The translations under genes were made by a program, and so were the position numbers. Shown one piece after another: positions 37,641-50,132 of a stretch of 64,000 bases of DNA (within the stretch, counting starts at the first letter, position 1; each line of letters begins with the position of its first letter). The stretch is from contig JAQGDQ010000102.1 in assembly GCA_030141605.1 (NCBI GenBank), positions 372,961-436,960 on the forward strand. The letters run 5' to 3'. Source of the stretch: Tubiluchus corallicola (Eukaryota; Animalia; Priapulida). The notes beneath the pieces were generated by a model. The model was not told the DNA's origin. It made no database searches and worked only from the letters and a program-made list of their open reading frames with translations.

Positions 37641-38282
37641 ATGGAGCAGTTGTATAGGCAGACAATTCAACTTCTTAACGATATTCAAAATCACATGAGC
37701 AAGTATGAAGTAGCACCAAGTCAGGACGCTCAGCATATACTTCTCCAGATCAACAGTTTGTTCGGAAATGTCAACAACAACGTGCAGCGGGTAGAGATAC
37801 TGGTAAACAAGGAGCCGCCTGTGAGGAGACAGAATGCGAAACTGCGGCTGGACCAGCTCAAATACGACCGCCAGCATCTTGAGGCTGCTCTTCGCAACCT
37901 GCAATACCGACGTCTTCAACGCGAAGAGCAAGAGCGACAACGAGAACAGCTCATGTCAACCAACTTCCGCACAAACGAGTCGGAAAACACGTCTGTTGTG
38001 ATAGATCACACCTTGCAGCACCATACACACCTGCAGAGTGCAAACCGTGAGATGGACATACTGCTGGACAGTGGCAGCAGCATTCTGGGAAGTCTGCGTG
38101 ATCAGCACGGAACCCTCAAAGGCGTGCAAAAGCGCCTGTTTGACATTGCGAACACCCTAGGATTATCAAACACTGTCATGAGGCTGATAGAGCGACGCAC
38201 ATATCAGGACAAATTCATACTTTATGGTGGGATGATTGTAACGTGTGTGATCATGTTCCTGACTGTCAAATACCTTGTGTAG
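37641..38282 (+). CDS. GOSR2: Golgi SNAP receptor complex member 2 (membrin/Bos1), single coding exon, 213 aa
   Basis: MEQLYRQT...LVNKEPPVRRQNAKLRLDQLKYDRQHLEAAL...SLRDQHGTLKGVQKRLFDIANTLGLSNTVMRLIERRTYQDKFILYGGMIVTCVIMFLTVKYLV; Qb-SNARE motif plus C-terminal TM. The 252-aa ORF-track start lies in the 5' UTR intron. Confidence 0.96.
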   Translation: MEQLYRQTIQLLNDIQNHMSKYEVAPSQDAQHILLQINSLFGNVNNNVQRVEILVNKEPPVRRQNAKLRLDQLKYDRQHLEAALRNLQYRRLQREEQERQREQLMSTNFRTNESENTSVVIDHTLQHHTHLQSANREMDILLDSGSSILGSLRDQHGTLKGVQKRLFDIANTLGLSNTVMRLIERRTYQDKFILYGGMIVTCVIMFLTVKYLV

Positions 38283-38325
38283 TTGCGATGCAATTCTGTT
38301 GAGTAAACACTGGTGCATTTAAAGG

Positions 38326-38755
38326 CAGGGGTGTATTAACATATAGGCTAGCTAGGCTATAGCCTAGAGCGCCAAAGTTTGAAGGCATCACATTCTAGAA
38401 AAAATTCTTATTCTCCTCCGAAAATGCATGTACTTTCATATGCATGTAAAGGGCACATTTTATAACACACCACAGGCTGTTACTGAGCGGACCTTTCATA
38501 TAAGTGCCACATAACGAACAGGTGCGAGGTATTACACAATAAGCAGTTGCGCTGCCTGCATGAATATAAGTGCTATGCAACTATTTAATACTACGTAATT
38601 AATAACGACCACATAGAAACTGTGTTAATAATGTTTCTAATACATCACAAGTAATTGTTTATTCTGCTCATTACGTAAGCAATCATAAATTCACAATAGA
38701 GATGGGCGGGACAGAACCGTCAGCCTAGGCGTTGTAAATGGTTGATACTCCCCTG
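38326..38755. mobile_element. hAT MITE family X, copy 1 (43 bp after GOSR2 stop)
   Basis: TIR CAGGGGTGTATTAAC / GTTGATACTCCCCTG; perfect 8-bp TSD tttaaagg. Confidence 0.9.
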
Positions 38756-39044
38756 TTTAAAGGGTGGAGCTAAAGTTAATGGGTCTAATCAGTAAGTTTG
38801 ATACTGAGAAGTGAAGGGTGAGATTTTACTTGAAAAGACTTGTGGTACTGCATTTATGAATAACATTGACTGTGTAGTGATATGGTGGTGATGGTGACGG
38901 TGACACAAATTTGGTGTTAGAAGCTGAACAGAAGATTCACAGTATCCTTTGGTTACTGAGACTGCAGCTTGGCATTTTTAAAATTTTAATTAACCTGTGA
39001 TCAGTCTGCTAGTTTTCTGCATCGATGCTAAAGTTACGTCGCTA

Positions 39045-39615
39045 CAGAGTGTCTCAAAAGTCGCTATGCACTTAGCATTTTGTATATTTTTCTAAGAAAT
39101 GCAACAAACTGTTTGAAAATTGATACAGATGAACTGAAACCTTGGACGATTCTTTTCGTCGAACTAGATGAAAATCAGAAGAGAAATGCTGCACTAGTAA
39201 GCTTTGCTATTTTCACCAGCTCCTTCAGGGACCTGAAGAGCTTCAGAGACTAATCCAATGGCAAGTTGGGCATCTTGCATTGAGAAGGTGTCTCACAGCC
39301 CATGAGTGGTGAGGAAGGACGGTAACTTGTTGAAACACTACAGTGATAACAGTGAGAGAATAGTGTGGTCCGTACGGATTTCTGCTGTACTTCGATTGGT
39401 GATCGAAGAACTTTTTGGCAGGATGATTTTGCTCCTCACTTCTAATGTTACTGTTGTTACCATAGAAACGGGGTTTCAGTCAAAAAATAAATAGAAACAG
39501 TTGTCGTGGGCCATTTGCTTTGCTCGAGATTGGAGAAAAATCTAAAGAGGAAGTTAAAAACCAAAGTGTATAGTAACTTGAAACCCAAGTGTATAGTAAC
39601 TTTTGAAACACCCTA
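39045..39615. mobile_element. Tc1/mariner-type non-autonomous element
   Basis: TA|CAGAGTGTCTCAAAAGTCGCTATGCACTT ... AAGTGTATAGTAACTTTTGAAACACCCTA|TA; TA TSD. Confidence 0.75.
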
Positions 39616-41879
39616 TACTGTGTAATGTACAAAGTACATAATCATTAAGATGCCTATGTACTATTGCCAATTATTTCTGCTTTTTTTGATAAGCAGTGCA
39701 TCCTTCTTAGAGTTGTGAGGATTTTTTTATGATTTGGTAAAGGGCAAATTTGGCACTGTGAAAAAACCTATGTGAAAACCACGTTTTTTACAATTGTCAG
39801 CCATTTTGTGAGTGAAACATGTCTGCTCAACAACGGAGAAATTTGACTGTATCAGCAATCAAATATTCACTGCAATGAACCAATGCATCTCTCCATTTTA
39901 AGCTCTTGAGCCGACTCATTAATTTTTACTCAAACCGAACAATTTTGCATGTAATCCATCTGTTGAAAAACCCAACCCTATCCGATCTTGCAGAATTTTG
40001 TGCAAATTGTTGAAGCTGTATTAAAAATATTAAATATTTGTTATAACAAGTCACTGCAGCATTGCAACTTTTTAAAGTCATTCTTTAAAGGGCAAAAGCC
40101 AATTTTCAAAGCTAAAATGCACAGAATGAAGTGGGACATGCTTAAGTGCTTGTATTTATATGTAGCAGCAATAACCAGAGTCGAATTTACCTACTAGTGG
40201 GTCCTAAGCCAAACTCGTGAGTGGGGCCCCAAATTTATAGAAATGTTGGCATGCTTCAGCATACAATATATACATATATATACGCACGCACACACACACA
40301 CACACACACACACAAATATATATTTATTCAATATCCAATATGCATAGGCCAGTGAATGTCTACAATTATTGTTTGGGTGGGTCCATACTCAGGCCGTGGC
40401 ATGCTGAGTGACAAATTGGTTTCAGTGAGCTCCCAGATACGTGTAGGGCCTACTATAGCTTTTGATAAATCTGGCCCTAGTAGTACACGGCGCTGTTTGC
40501 TAGTATTTGGATTACCAATTTTTGCCAATTTTACAAAATGCCAATTTTTTGGCATTTTTACATACGACTTGTGTTGTCAGCAGAATGATCTGTAGAAGCA
40601 TTGATCATTTGGGTGTAAGAAGTGGTATTAGGTGCTGGAATGACACGACACACAAAATTGATGAAAGTTTATAGATACAACTTTTTCATTTTTCTGTGTT
40701 TTTTATGTACAAATAACTGACATTCCAAAGTTTGTTGGAGACTGTATTTTTGAGTGCTGACACATATGCAACTTTTGTCAGCTCAGCTTCTCACAAGAAA
40801 ATATTATCAGTAAAACTGCTGCAAAATTTAAATTTTTTCAATTTTGTTTGCATGTGTGTTTAAAGAGAAGTTCTTGATTTGTGTTTTAAAAAAAGCGGAG
40901 AAAAATTCTGACAGAAATTGAATGAATAAGATTTTGTTTTTTGTGTTTTTTTAGTTAAAAAATGTCAGTTATACAACTTTTATCTGCTTGTAAAATTTCA
41001 GTGTTTTCTGATTACATTTTAAGACACACTGGCAGATTACTATTTATATAATACAACTATTATAATAATACAAACTTGTGACTGTCAGATTAGTTTAGTA
41101 ATTGCCTAAAACTAAATCATCAAATCCGCTCAAACTGTTATTGTAGGAATCCTTTCCATGCGATGCTATTTGTTTCTGACCCTAATAGCATTGATACGTT
41201 GTCTAACGGTTACCGTAACCAGTATTATTATGATTGTTTTACAAAAGAATTTATAAGCTGTTTTTCTGTTGCCAGTTTTTTGTTCTAACAAATGCATGAT
41301 AAGTATATTTATTTGTGTTTAATTCACCAATTGTTGTACTGTAATTTCTATTATATTACAAAACTTATTGAAATATTATGGTACTAAGCAAGTTGTTAAA
41401 TAAATTGATTATACATATCAAAATACTTGCTTCATAATTTTCTGGCAGCATTTTTACTGAAAAACAAGTTAAATAACAACAGTGAAATCTGTAAAGAGCT
41501 GGTATTGGGCATAAAACTTGTCATACCTAATGTGTGAAAGTGTATGTTCAGTGTTCAACGAATGCTAGCCTGGACGGAAGTAGTGCTGACAAGTCCACTG
41601 GCATAGTAGTGTTGTCTAGTTTTTTGCTGGAATAACTGCTGTGTTTACCGTCTTGAGGGCAGATTTCTATTATTTTAGAATTCTGCCAGCCCACAGTACA
41701 TGTGATGATGAATGAACGTTCACTTGATGTTCACGAATCGTGTGAACACTGAAGGCTTCATAAATAAATTTTCTCCCACTGAAGATGAATGCTGTCACAC
41801 ATCTGTGTTCTGGTATTTGGTGATTGTCACTTTCTCATTAGATCAGCATTTTGTAGTATTGCCTGATATGTGACAGTAT

Positions 41880-42548
41880 CTGTAGCGGATAGCCCTATAG
41901 GCTGAAGCCTAAGGCCCGGGATCAAAAGGGGCCCGGCAAAATAAAACGAAAAAAATTTTTTTTGTAAAAAAAAATAAATTGACAAAAGAGCAAGGGGCCC
42001 GCCAAAATAAAATATAGAAAAAAGTTTTTTTTTCAAAAGTTAGTCACTATATTTCAAATCGGGTTTACACAAATCAAGTTTACACAATTAAAGTTTACAC
42101 AATTCAAGTTTACACAATTTAAGTTTACACAATTCACGTTTACACAGTTTAAGTTTAAGTTCAAAATTTCAGTTTCCGAATTTTTCTGGGGGCAAAGTCA
42201 GTTATAATTTCTGAAAAGTCCATTTTTATCAACATATCTGACTCAATATGCATCAGAAATTAGTAAGAAACTAAAGTTACTTTCAGAGTTTCTGATTGGC
42301 TTATTTTAGTTGACATCCAACCCAGAAACTCACCAAGCTGTAATCGTGTTTATATAGTCCTAGTCCACAACTCAAGGATCAAGAAGATATAATTTTTATC
42401 ACAATCGGTGGGCAAAAACTCACAAAATTAAATAAACTTAGAAACGACGAGAGCTCCACAAAAACACGTCAGCTCAGCAGTGTAGCAACATTTAAAAGGC
42501 CCGTTCCAAGCTCAAGCCTAAGGCCCATAAAATCATAATCCGCCGCTG
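41880..42548. mobile_element. hAT MITE with internal 15-bp tandem array (42063-42155)
   Basis: CTGTAGCGGAT / ATCCGCCGCTG ends; perfect 8-bp TSD gacagtat; (AAGTTTACACAATTC/T)n. Confidence 0.88.
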
Positions 42549-43538
42549 GACAGTATGTATCTTGTTTAACAATTATGTATCATATGCCCAAAGTTAAATT
42601 GTAATGAATATTAATTCAACAGTATCTAGCTGAGCCGTCCTCCTCTGTAGAGAGAGTGTCACATAGCTAATTCAAAGGTTATGATTGCTGTACCCTTGAC
42701 CTTCAGGCTGGTGCAGAAGAGTGCAAGATAAGCGGGTGCTCATGCTTGTACTTTGCATGAAAGACTCGTGAATGCCTGAGTTCGATACCCACACCGGGAT
42801 GTTTCATTTGCCATTGCTGATTCTGGCTATTTACTTCACTGGGGTGAATGCATTATTATTGAATTTAGAATTTATTGCACTAGCAGACCAACCACCAATT
42901 ACATCAAAAACGTAACAAAAAGAAACATACCGGGTAATTGATGATGATAATGATAAGTCTTTAGCCTCTTTATGCAGGCAAAAATTTCTGTACAAACATT
43001 ATACAATTTTATATAGACACTAGAGTGAAACCTACAATATTATATGTTACGCATTCTGTAATTACGTTTTTTAATGGTGCGTCTAACATTATTTACAGTG
43101 ATGTTAAACAAGGAGCATTGAGTGGTGCTAAAATCAATGTTAATAATAAAGCAAGCTTCCTGTGAGGTAACATAGAAATGCAGATAAATTAACACACTAT
43201 TAATAGAGTAAGTTGTACCAGTACTGCAGAGCATAACATTTTCTGTAGATAAGAAACATTAAGCGCATTAAATAGTTTAAAATACAGTTAAGTTAGGGTT
43301 AAAAAATTTAGTTTATCTATCAATCTGTTTACAATATTTTCGTACTAGAGGTACGAGTATGAAATTTAAATATCATTGCTGTTACATAATTCATCTGCAG
43401 CATGCAGAAAGTTGATTATAATTTTAAGAATATTTCTACGTTATTCTGACCCATTAAAGAAGTTGTTAAATATGTAAACTTAGTTTGTTTGGAAAATTAT
43501 TGTTATTTTGTTTAAAGGCTAAAGCTAAATTTTGAGAA

Positions 43539-43799
43539 CTAAAGGCTTATAAAATTTCTAGTGCTAATGACAGGTGTGTTAAAATGTCTAAATGTTGTTT
43601 GTATGAATTCGTTGAGTGCTTCAAACATCTCTTGCTCAGCATCGTCGTCAGACTTCTCTTCGTCGTCTGAAGAAGCCTGGATCTTCCGCATCTCACTCAG
43701 TTTTGCCTCCAACGCCGCTCTGGGACGTCTTATCGGCTTGGTAAAGACAAAATAACAGCATATAAAGAAATAGAAAATTATTTTCGCGTGAAAATCCAT
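43539..43799 (-). CDS. Orphan 86-aa ORF, putative secreted prepropeptide
   Basis: ATG start, hydrophobic N-terminus (IIFYFFICCYFVF), RRPR and RK basic sites, acidic spacer; 43600-43740 is a GC-rich island in AT-rich DNA. No recognisable homology. Confidence 0.4.
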   Translation of the reverse strand: MDFHAKIIFYFFICCYFVFTKPIRRPRAALEAKLSEMRKIQASSDDEEKSDDDAEQEMFEALNEFIQTTFRHFNTPVISTRNFISL

Positions 43800-45863
43800 C
43801 GGCTGCTTTAGATTATTAAGGCACAGAATTATAGACCGCTTTAGATTATTACGATTATTAGATTACAACGGCACACAAAAAAATAAGATGCTTTTTCACG
43901 TGAAAATCCATCATTTTTCATTAGCTGTGGGTCTGTAGAGAACGTAACTTAACTTGATGGGAGCGTATCAATAGAAAAATAACGTAATTGCTTGTTGCCA
44001 CGATGCGACGCTTTCTGTGGCAACGAGAAATAATACGTCACTGGGCCGGCGCTAGACAGAGCTATTTTTAGCGCCCCCTCTTCAACGATCAGCCCCCTTT
44101 CCCAGGGTTCCCACCATGCTCCGAAAGACAAAGATAAAGGCAGCATTTATTTACCATCGCCCATTACCTTTCAACTTAGCAGCTTTTTTACTTTTTGTTT
44201 CCTGTACGTTTCCTGTAAATTTCGATTCTTATAGGTTTATCTGTCATCATTAGATAAGTCTATTGTGAGAAACTTTTTTTATTAAAGGGAAAGGTCATTG
44301 CTATAAGTACTTTTTTAGCTCTGCTGCTCTATTTGTTTTTTCTGCAATTCTATTTTTATTAAATGTAGGTGTTCCTTTCTTATATCCAACCCGTCACTTC
44401 ATTTAGACAATATTCTCTTATTCAGGCATTACAGCAAAATAGGTACAGATGATTATATGTATTCAAATTCCGACATGGCTAAAATCCTTCTGCTAGTCCA
44501 GTGGCTTAAAGGCACAAGTTAATGGCGAATTAGGTACCAGTCACACCACAAACGTCCAGTTTGAGTTGTCTCTGTTGTTGGACTCTGGCCTACAGAGTTC
44601 CAATTTGTATGAACAATTATAGTCTTAACCTTTGACTTTTCACTTTTGATAGGGGTAGAAAGGGGTCTAGCTCATGTTTCTTTAAAATTTTGTTAGTAAA
44701 TGTCACAATGTTATTCATAGAAGGCAGTGTGATATACTATGGCTAGCACTCTTTAAGGCACTGGTACTGCCATCTACTAAAGATCTATTGTGAACCAATA
44801 GAGGTTACTGCACCTTTAACAAGAGTACCTTCAGCAGGTTTGGTGACGTATCAGTATGAATGGTACTTTACGTTGTGATTCTAACTACAGATCATAAGCG
44901 TTTCATTTGACTACTTTCTCATCCAGCTTTTAGACAAATAAAAAACAAAAGCAGCTTAACAGATAGATCGCAGAACTGGGATTGTTGGGGGTTTTACTCA
45001 CACGCCCAGCCATATTTGCACTTAAAGCTTATACGAAATAAACAACTAAAGCGCGTGTTCACGATTGTTTTTGCTTTTGTCTTGTCTTAAAAACCTTGTG
45101 CAGCTAAAATTTGTTAATCGTAATGATTCAAGGTGGGCGGGGCTAAACGCCGTTTGCGCTCTGTCTATTCGTAGTGTTATTTTTCACAATTTTTCAGACC
45201 TGACTTTGGGCAGACAGCTATACAGCCAAACGGATGGACACACAAACAAACATGGGATTGAATCTAGCAGTTTATTCCCTGCGACTAATGCATTTTTGAA
45301 GCTAGTGTTGAAGAGATGCTTACGATGTCTGTCAACAAACCGTTTTCCTCAAAAGTTCCCAATTTCCGTTTTTTATTTGATCAAGTGGGCGTAGGCCCAT
45401 TGGTTAAAATCCCTAAGCAAAATTTTTAAACTGTTCAGGTTGACCATGTTTATTTTACTTCAATGGATTATCCTACCTGGGACACCTGGAATAGGCAACC
45501 GGACGGGGTAGAGGTGGTGCTAATTTGCACCCTTACGCTAACTTTCACAGGGTGGTTTGAAGAAAATACAGACGTTAATTTTAGTGAAAAATGTTGAAAT
45601 CAGTTAATTGAAAAAGGACGAGGGAAAAGGATTTAAAACTATGGCAAGATAAACTTGAAGCGTGTTTTACGGCTAATATGTATTTGAACAATAAACCACG
45701 ACCTTATTTTGAAAGCTGGGTGGACGATATGCAACTATAATACTGAGTCGCTGGTGAGCGCAAAAATTAGCGCATTGGAAATTAATGGAAATCCATTATT
45801 TAGATGGAAGATAGCTGAACGTAATAGACTTTGTAAGTGTGGTTTGGACTTAGAAAATTTACA

Positions 45864-46283
45864 CAGAGGCGTATTAATCAATAGGCTAACCAGGCTGTAG
45901 GTTAGGGCGCCAAAGTTTGAGGGGCGTCACATTTTAGAAAAAATGATTATTCTTCTCGGAAAATGTGTAGACTTTCATATTTATGTGAAATGCACATTTA
46001 TAACACACTACAGGCAGCTACTGAGCACAGCTTTTATATAAGTGCCGCATAACGAGCAGGTGCAAGGCATTACACAACAAGCAGTTGTGTAGCCTACTTG
46101 AATATAAGCGGTATGCATACACGTGTAATTAATAATGACCAGGTAGAATCTAGATTAATAGTGATTCTGATACACCACAAGTAATTATTTAATCTAATCA
46201 TTACATGAACCATAAATTCACAATAAAGATGGCCGGGACAGAACTATTAGCCTAGACCGTCGTAAAGTCTTGATATACCCCTG
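45864..46283. mobile_element. hAT MITE family X, copy 2
   Basis: Collinear with 38326-38755; perfect TSD aatttaca. Confidence 0.9.
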
Positions 46284-47528
46284 AATTTACATTATATTTT
46301 ATTGTACTATTCTTATTATGAAAATGAAAGAAGTATGGTTATTTGGGGAGCAGTTTAGATGAAGATCTTGTGAGTTGGGTGTTTCTCCAAAATACATATT
46401 TTGTGAAAAGCTTCTTAGTGATATAATAAAGAAACGTTGTGAGATAGGAATTGCAAGCCTTGTCTAAGTTAGCATGTTTTTTAAATTTCATCCGAGTAGG
46501 ATTTTTGATTGCTCACCTAGATATAAAAAGATCTAGGCACTAAACTGCGAAGCTCAAATTTTAGACAGAGCAAATAAAGCATGAAATGCAAAAAATCAAA
46601 ATTAATAAGTATGCGCCCTCTATTCCACGCCTTGATTCGCACGACAGCCTTTAATTTTAAGGTATGTGTATCTAGGGAGTCGACCTGAAATGACTGCTAC
46701 ATGGCCCCTTTAAAAGGTCGCTTTTTTACCGAAATAGAAAGAGAAGCAATAGATAAAACCTACAAAATCATTAAAAATAGCATTTAATTTTAAGTAAAGA
46801 AGACTTATTTTTGTATGTGGTATTGACACCCTTATAGTAGTGTTTTCCAACGGGTGGAGGGATAAATATGACTCTTTTTAAGTTGATTTCATTTCCGAGG
46901 ATGGATGTGATAAGAATAGAAAAATATAATTCCCATTAAAAATAGAAAAATTATAAACGGTATTAGAAGCTTACGTTTATAAATCTAATAGTCTGGTGCG
47001 TCTAATATATTCATGCCCTGTGTACTCAATCAGAAGTTTATTGTTTTTCAAGGTACCCTTCAAAATAATTGCAAGTTTACAGTCACGTGATCACAGGTTT
47101 CAAACGAATGCTGTTCACAACTTCAACGCGTGACTATGGATTATCTTCTTTGCAAACGAAGGCCAGTGATGTAGCCACTTAGGCCTAGCTACTTGCACTT
47201 ATAATTATTGTTACGTACCACACACCTAAGATCATAGCATAAGTCACTGAGTTTTTAAATACTACATCTAACTGGACGGGGCGGGCGATGCAAACACACT
47301 ACGACTGCGCACAATAAACACCATTGGCTTCTTAACGACAATGAAGTCACGCTAGAATATAAAATTTTACTATGGTGTGCTAAATCTATATTTATCAGCA
47401 TAGTACAAGCCTACCCTACACTTTTAAATACTATCAGCCAACTTTAATTACGTAACTACGTCTAGGTTTCATATTTGCATCCAAATTTTCCTGTGTCCAG
47501 ATCAACTTGGAAACACAAATTGCAAACC

Positions 47529-47990
47529 CAAGGGCCTATTTACCAATAGGTTAATTAGGATGTAGCCTAGGGTGTCAAATTTTAAAGCGCCAGATTTTAG
47601 CGTCCTCCAATAATAAGAAAGTCTTATTTTCCTCAGAAAATGCGTGTCCTTTTATATTATTCATAAAAAGCGCGTATTTCATAACAAACCACAAGCAGTT
47701 ACTGATGCCGCTTTTATATAAGTATAAGTGCAACATAACAAAGAAATACGATAATTGTATAAGTGGTACTACGCGACATAGAGATGCAGCCTGTTTAGGT
47801 GTACAAGTTGTGCGAATATTATGTAATTAACAATAATTACGTAACTGCTCGGTAATACTACTACTAATACAGCACAAGTAACTGTGTATTGCGTTCTTCT
47901 ATGAACCAACCATAAATCCATAACAGGATCAGCGCATTGAATTTACTATTAGTCTGGAGCACCGTAACGTGTTGATAGCCTTCACCATTC
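47529..47990. mobile_element. hAT MITE family X, copy 3 (more diverged)
   Basis: Collinear internal similarity; flanking 8-mer tgcaaacc on both sides. Confidence 0.75.
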
Positions 47991-48560
47991 TGCAAACCAA
48001 CAAATTTTGTTTATGTAGGCCTAACTGAACCACAAAGAAACAGGCTTAGAGACGCGTCCAATTCATTTGCTATATTTTTCTTAATCAAACGTTTATTATT
48101 ATACTATATTGTATTATATTTTATTGTATTATATTCATCATTGTATTGTATTGAATTGTGATTTCTGTCACATGCTTAATTGTTACGTATGCTGTCTTTA
48201 TGGCACTATGTGAGCTGACACAAATTTTATGTCATTTCAGCTTTAAAATTTATTAATGGTGATAATTACTTTATTATTGATATAGTTGTCGTTGTTTGGC
48301 GCAACACTGGTTTTCACATCGACATACTCTTTCTGTTTCTCTGTCTTTCTTTCCTTTCGTTCTTTTCATCCATTCCTCTCTTTCTCCTTTTCCATTTCTT
48401 CCTGAAGTGGCCTTTAATTTATGCGGCTGTTTTGCCATTTTTAGGTCTCCTGTGCCACATAGCTTTACTATTTGTGTTCAAATATATTAATTTTTGTGTT
48501 GTTTTTTCTTCAGCTGCGTTGTAAATATTAGTAATTTGCAATTTGCTAAGTTTCAATAAT

Positions 48561-48562
<2 letters not shown>

Positions 48563-48625
<63 letters not shown>

Positions 48626-48634
48626 TATTATTAT
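48563..48634. repeat. (CAT) of about 21 units plus (TAT)n microsatellite
   Basis: Seen directly. Confidence 0.95.
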
Positions 48635-49450
48635 AACCTTTGTCTAGGCTAGCTCATGCAGTAAGCCGTCCACATAACTATTTTTTGCGTTAATTTTGCA
48701 AAATGCGACAGCGGCTAAATTAATAAAAAATATATGCCTAATGCCCAAATGTATATTCGCTTTGAGCTGTTAATTTTTACTTGCAAAAACACCCACAAGC
48801 ATTTATGTTCTCACTATATTAAATGTTCTCACGTTTTCCAGCCTCTTAATGCTTCCAAGCTAAAAAGCATAATTATGACGGCTTTATATTTTTAAATTTT
48901 ATATTTTTATTTATATTTTTTAAAAAACGTAGGCCTGACGGTTTGGAAGACGTAGTAGTTCATAACATACCACAGACAGTTACTAATTTTGCTTTTATAT
49001 AAATAAAATATAACAAACACGTACAATTACTACGTAAGAACTATTACACAGCACGACGAATTGTTACCAATTGTTCACATGACCACCACTCTATTATCCC
49101 AATAAGAATTTTAAGTACATGTAACTTTTGATATTCGTTTTTAATAGGCCCTATCAGGCAATATTCAACGAACTAGTTTTAGATAAATTATTATAAGTTG
49201 TGGAATTTATGAACAGCATTTAACTGTCTACACTAGATCAGATTCCGAAAGGTGGCCTTCGTGGCATTAAACTAACCCTCCTACATAGTGATAGCTGCAA
49301 TTAGTAATTTGCGCCCAGCTAACGCTCTCTAAGCGGACTAATTTCACACTAATGTCAAACTTTTGACAATCATTCTAGTTATTAAGAAAAGTAGTCATGA
49401 TTTCATCATCGACTAAGTTGAGTGGCTTCTGTCGCATATGGCTCCGGACA

Positions 49451-49745
49451 TATGCCTAGCAACCGTGACGTCATTACTTCGGTTCGAGCAGAAACCCCTA
49501 CAAAAATAGCTTGGAATCTCCTTACGGACTACTTTTGCCGGCATGATTTTTCAAACAGTGATATTTTAGGAAATGTGAATTGTTTTACTAGGCTAAGAAA
49601 CGCACGTTGTAGCGCATAAGTGATAATTGGCGAAAAATTAGCAAACAAAATTTTGTTTCATTATTAGTTCCTTTTGCAAGTATCGCGCAGTGATATTGAT
49701 GGGGCACGGTGTGTACTTTGGTCCTTGCTGTCCGCCATTTTTATA
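49451..49745 (+). promoter_or_regulatory. 14-3-3 promoter motif cluster
   Basis: RFX half-site CCTAGCAAC (49455), perfect CRE TGACGTCA (49466-49473), YY1-type CCGCCATTTT (49732-49741); CpG-enriched; directly upstream of the ATG exon. Confidence 0.55.
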
Positions 49746-49820
49746 GTCATCATTGCTGGAATTTGCGTGAACTTAGATATTAACATTTAGTCAAGTTTAT
49801 TCAAATTTACAGCGTCCAAA

Positions 49821-50132
49821 ATGGATAAATTGGAGAAGGAGAAAAAAGATGAGTTGGTGCAACGGGCCAAATTAGCGGAGCAGGCGGAAAGGTATGACGA
49901 TATGGCAGAAGCGATGAAAAAAGTCACAATGTTAGAATCGGAATTGAGCAACGAGGAACGAAACCTCCTGTCAGTCGCGTACAAAAATGTGGTTGGAGCA
50001 AGGCGAAGTTCGTGGCGGGTAATATCAAGTATTGAACAAAAAACGGAAGGCAGTGAGAAGAAACAACAAATGGCCAGAGAATACAGAGAAAAAGTTGAAA
50101 AAGAATTACGAGAAATCTGTTTTGATGTTTTG
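49821..50132 (+). CDS. YWHAZ: 14-3-3 protein (zeta/non-epsilon type) exon 1
   Basis: [18 protein letters not shown]...[30 protein letters not shown]...ICFDVL|GTAAGC. Confidence 0.97.
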
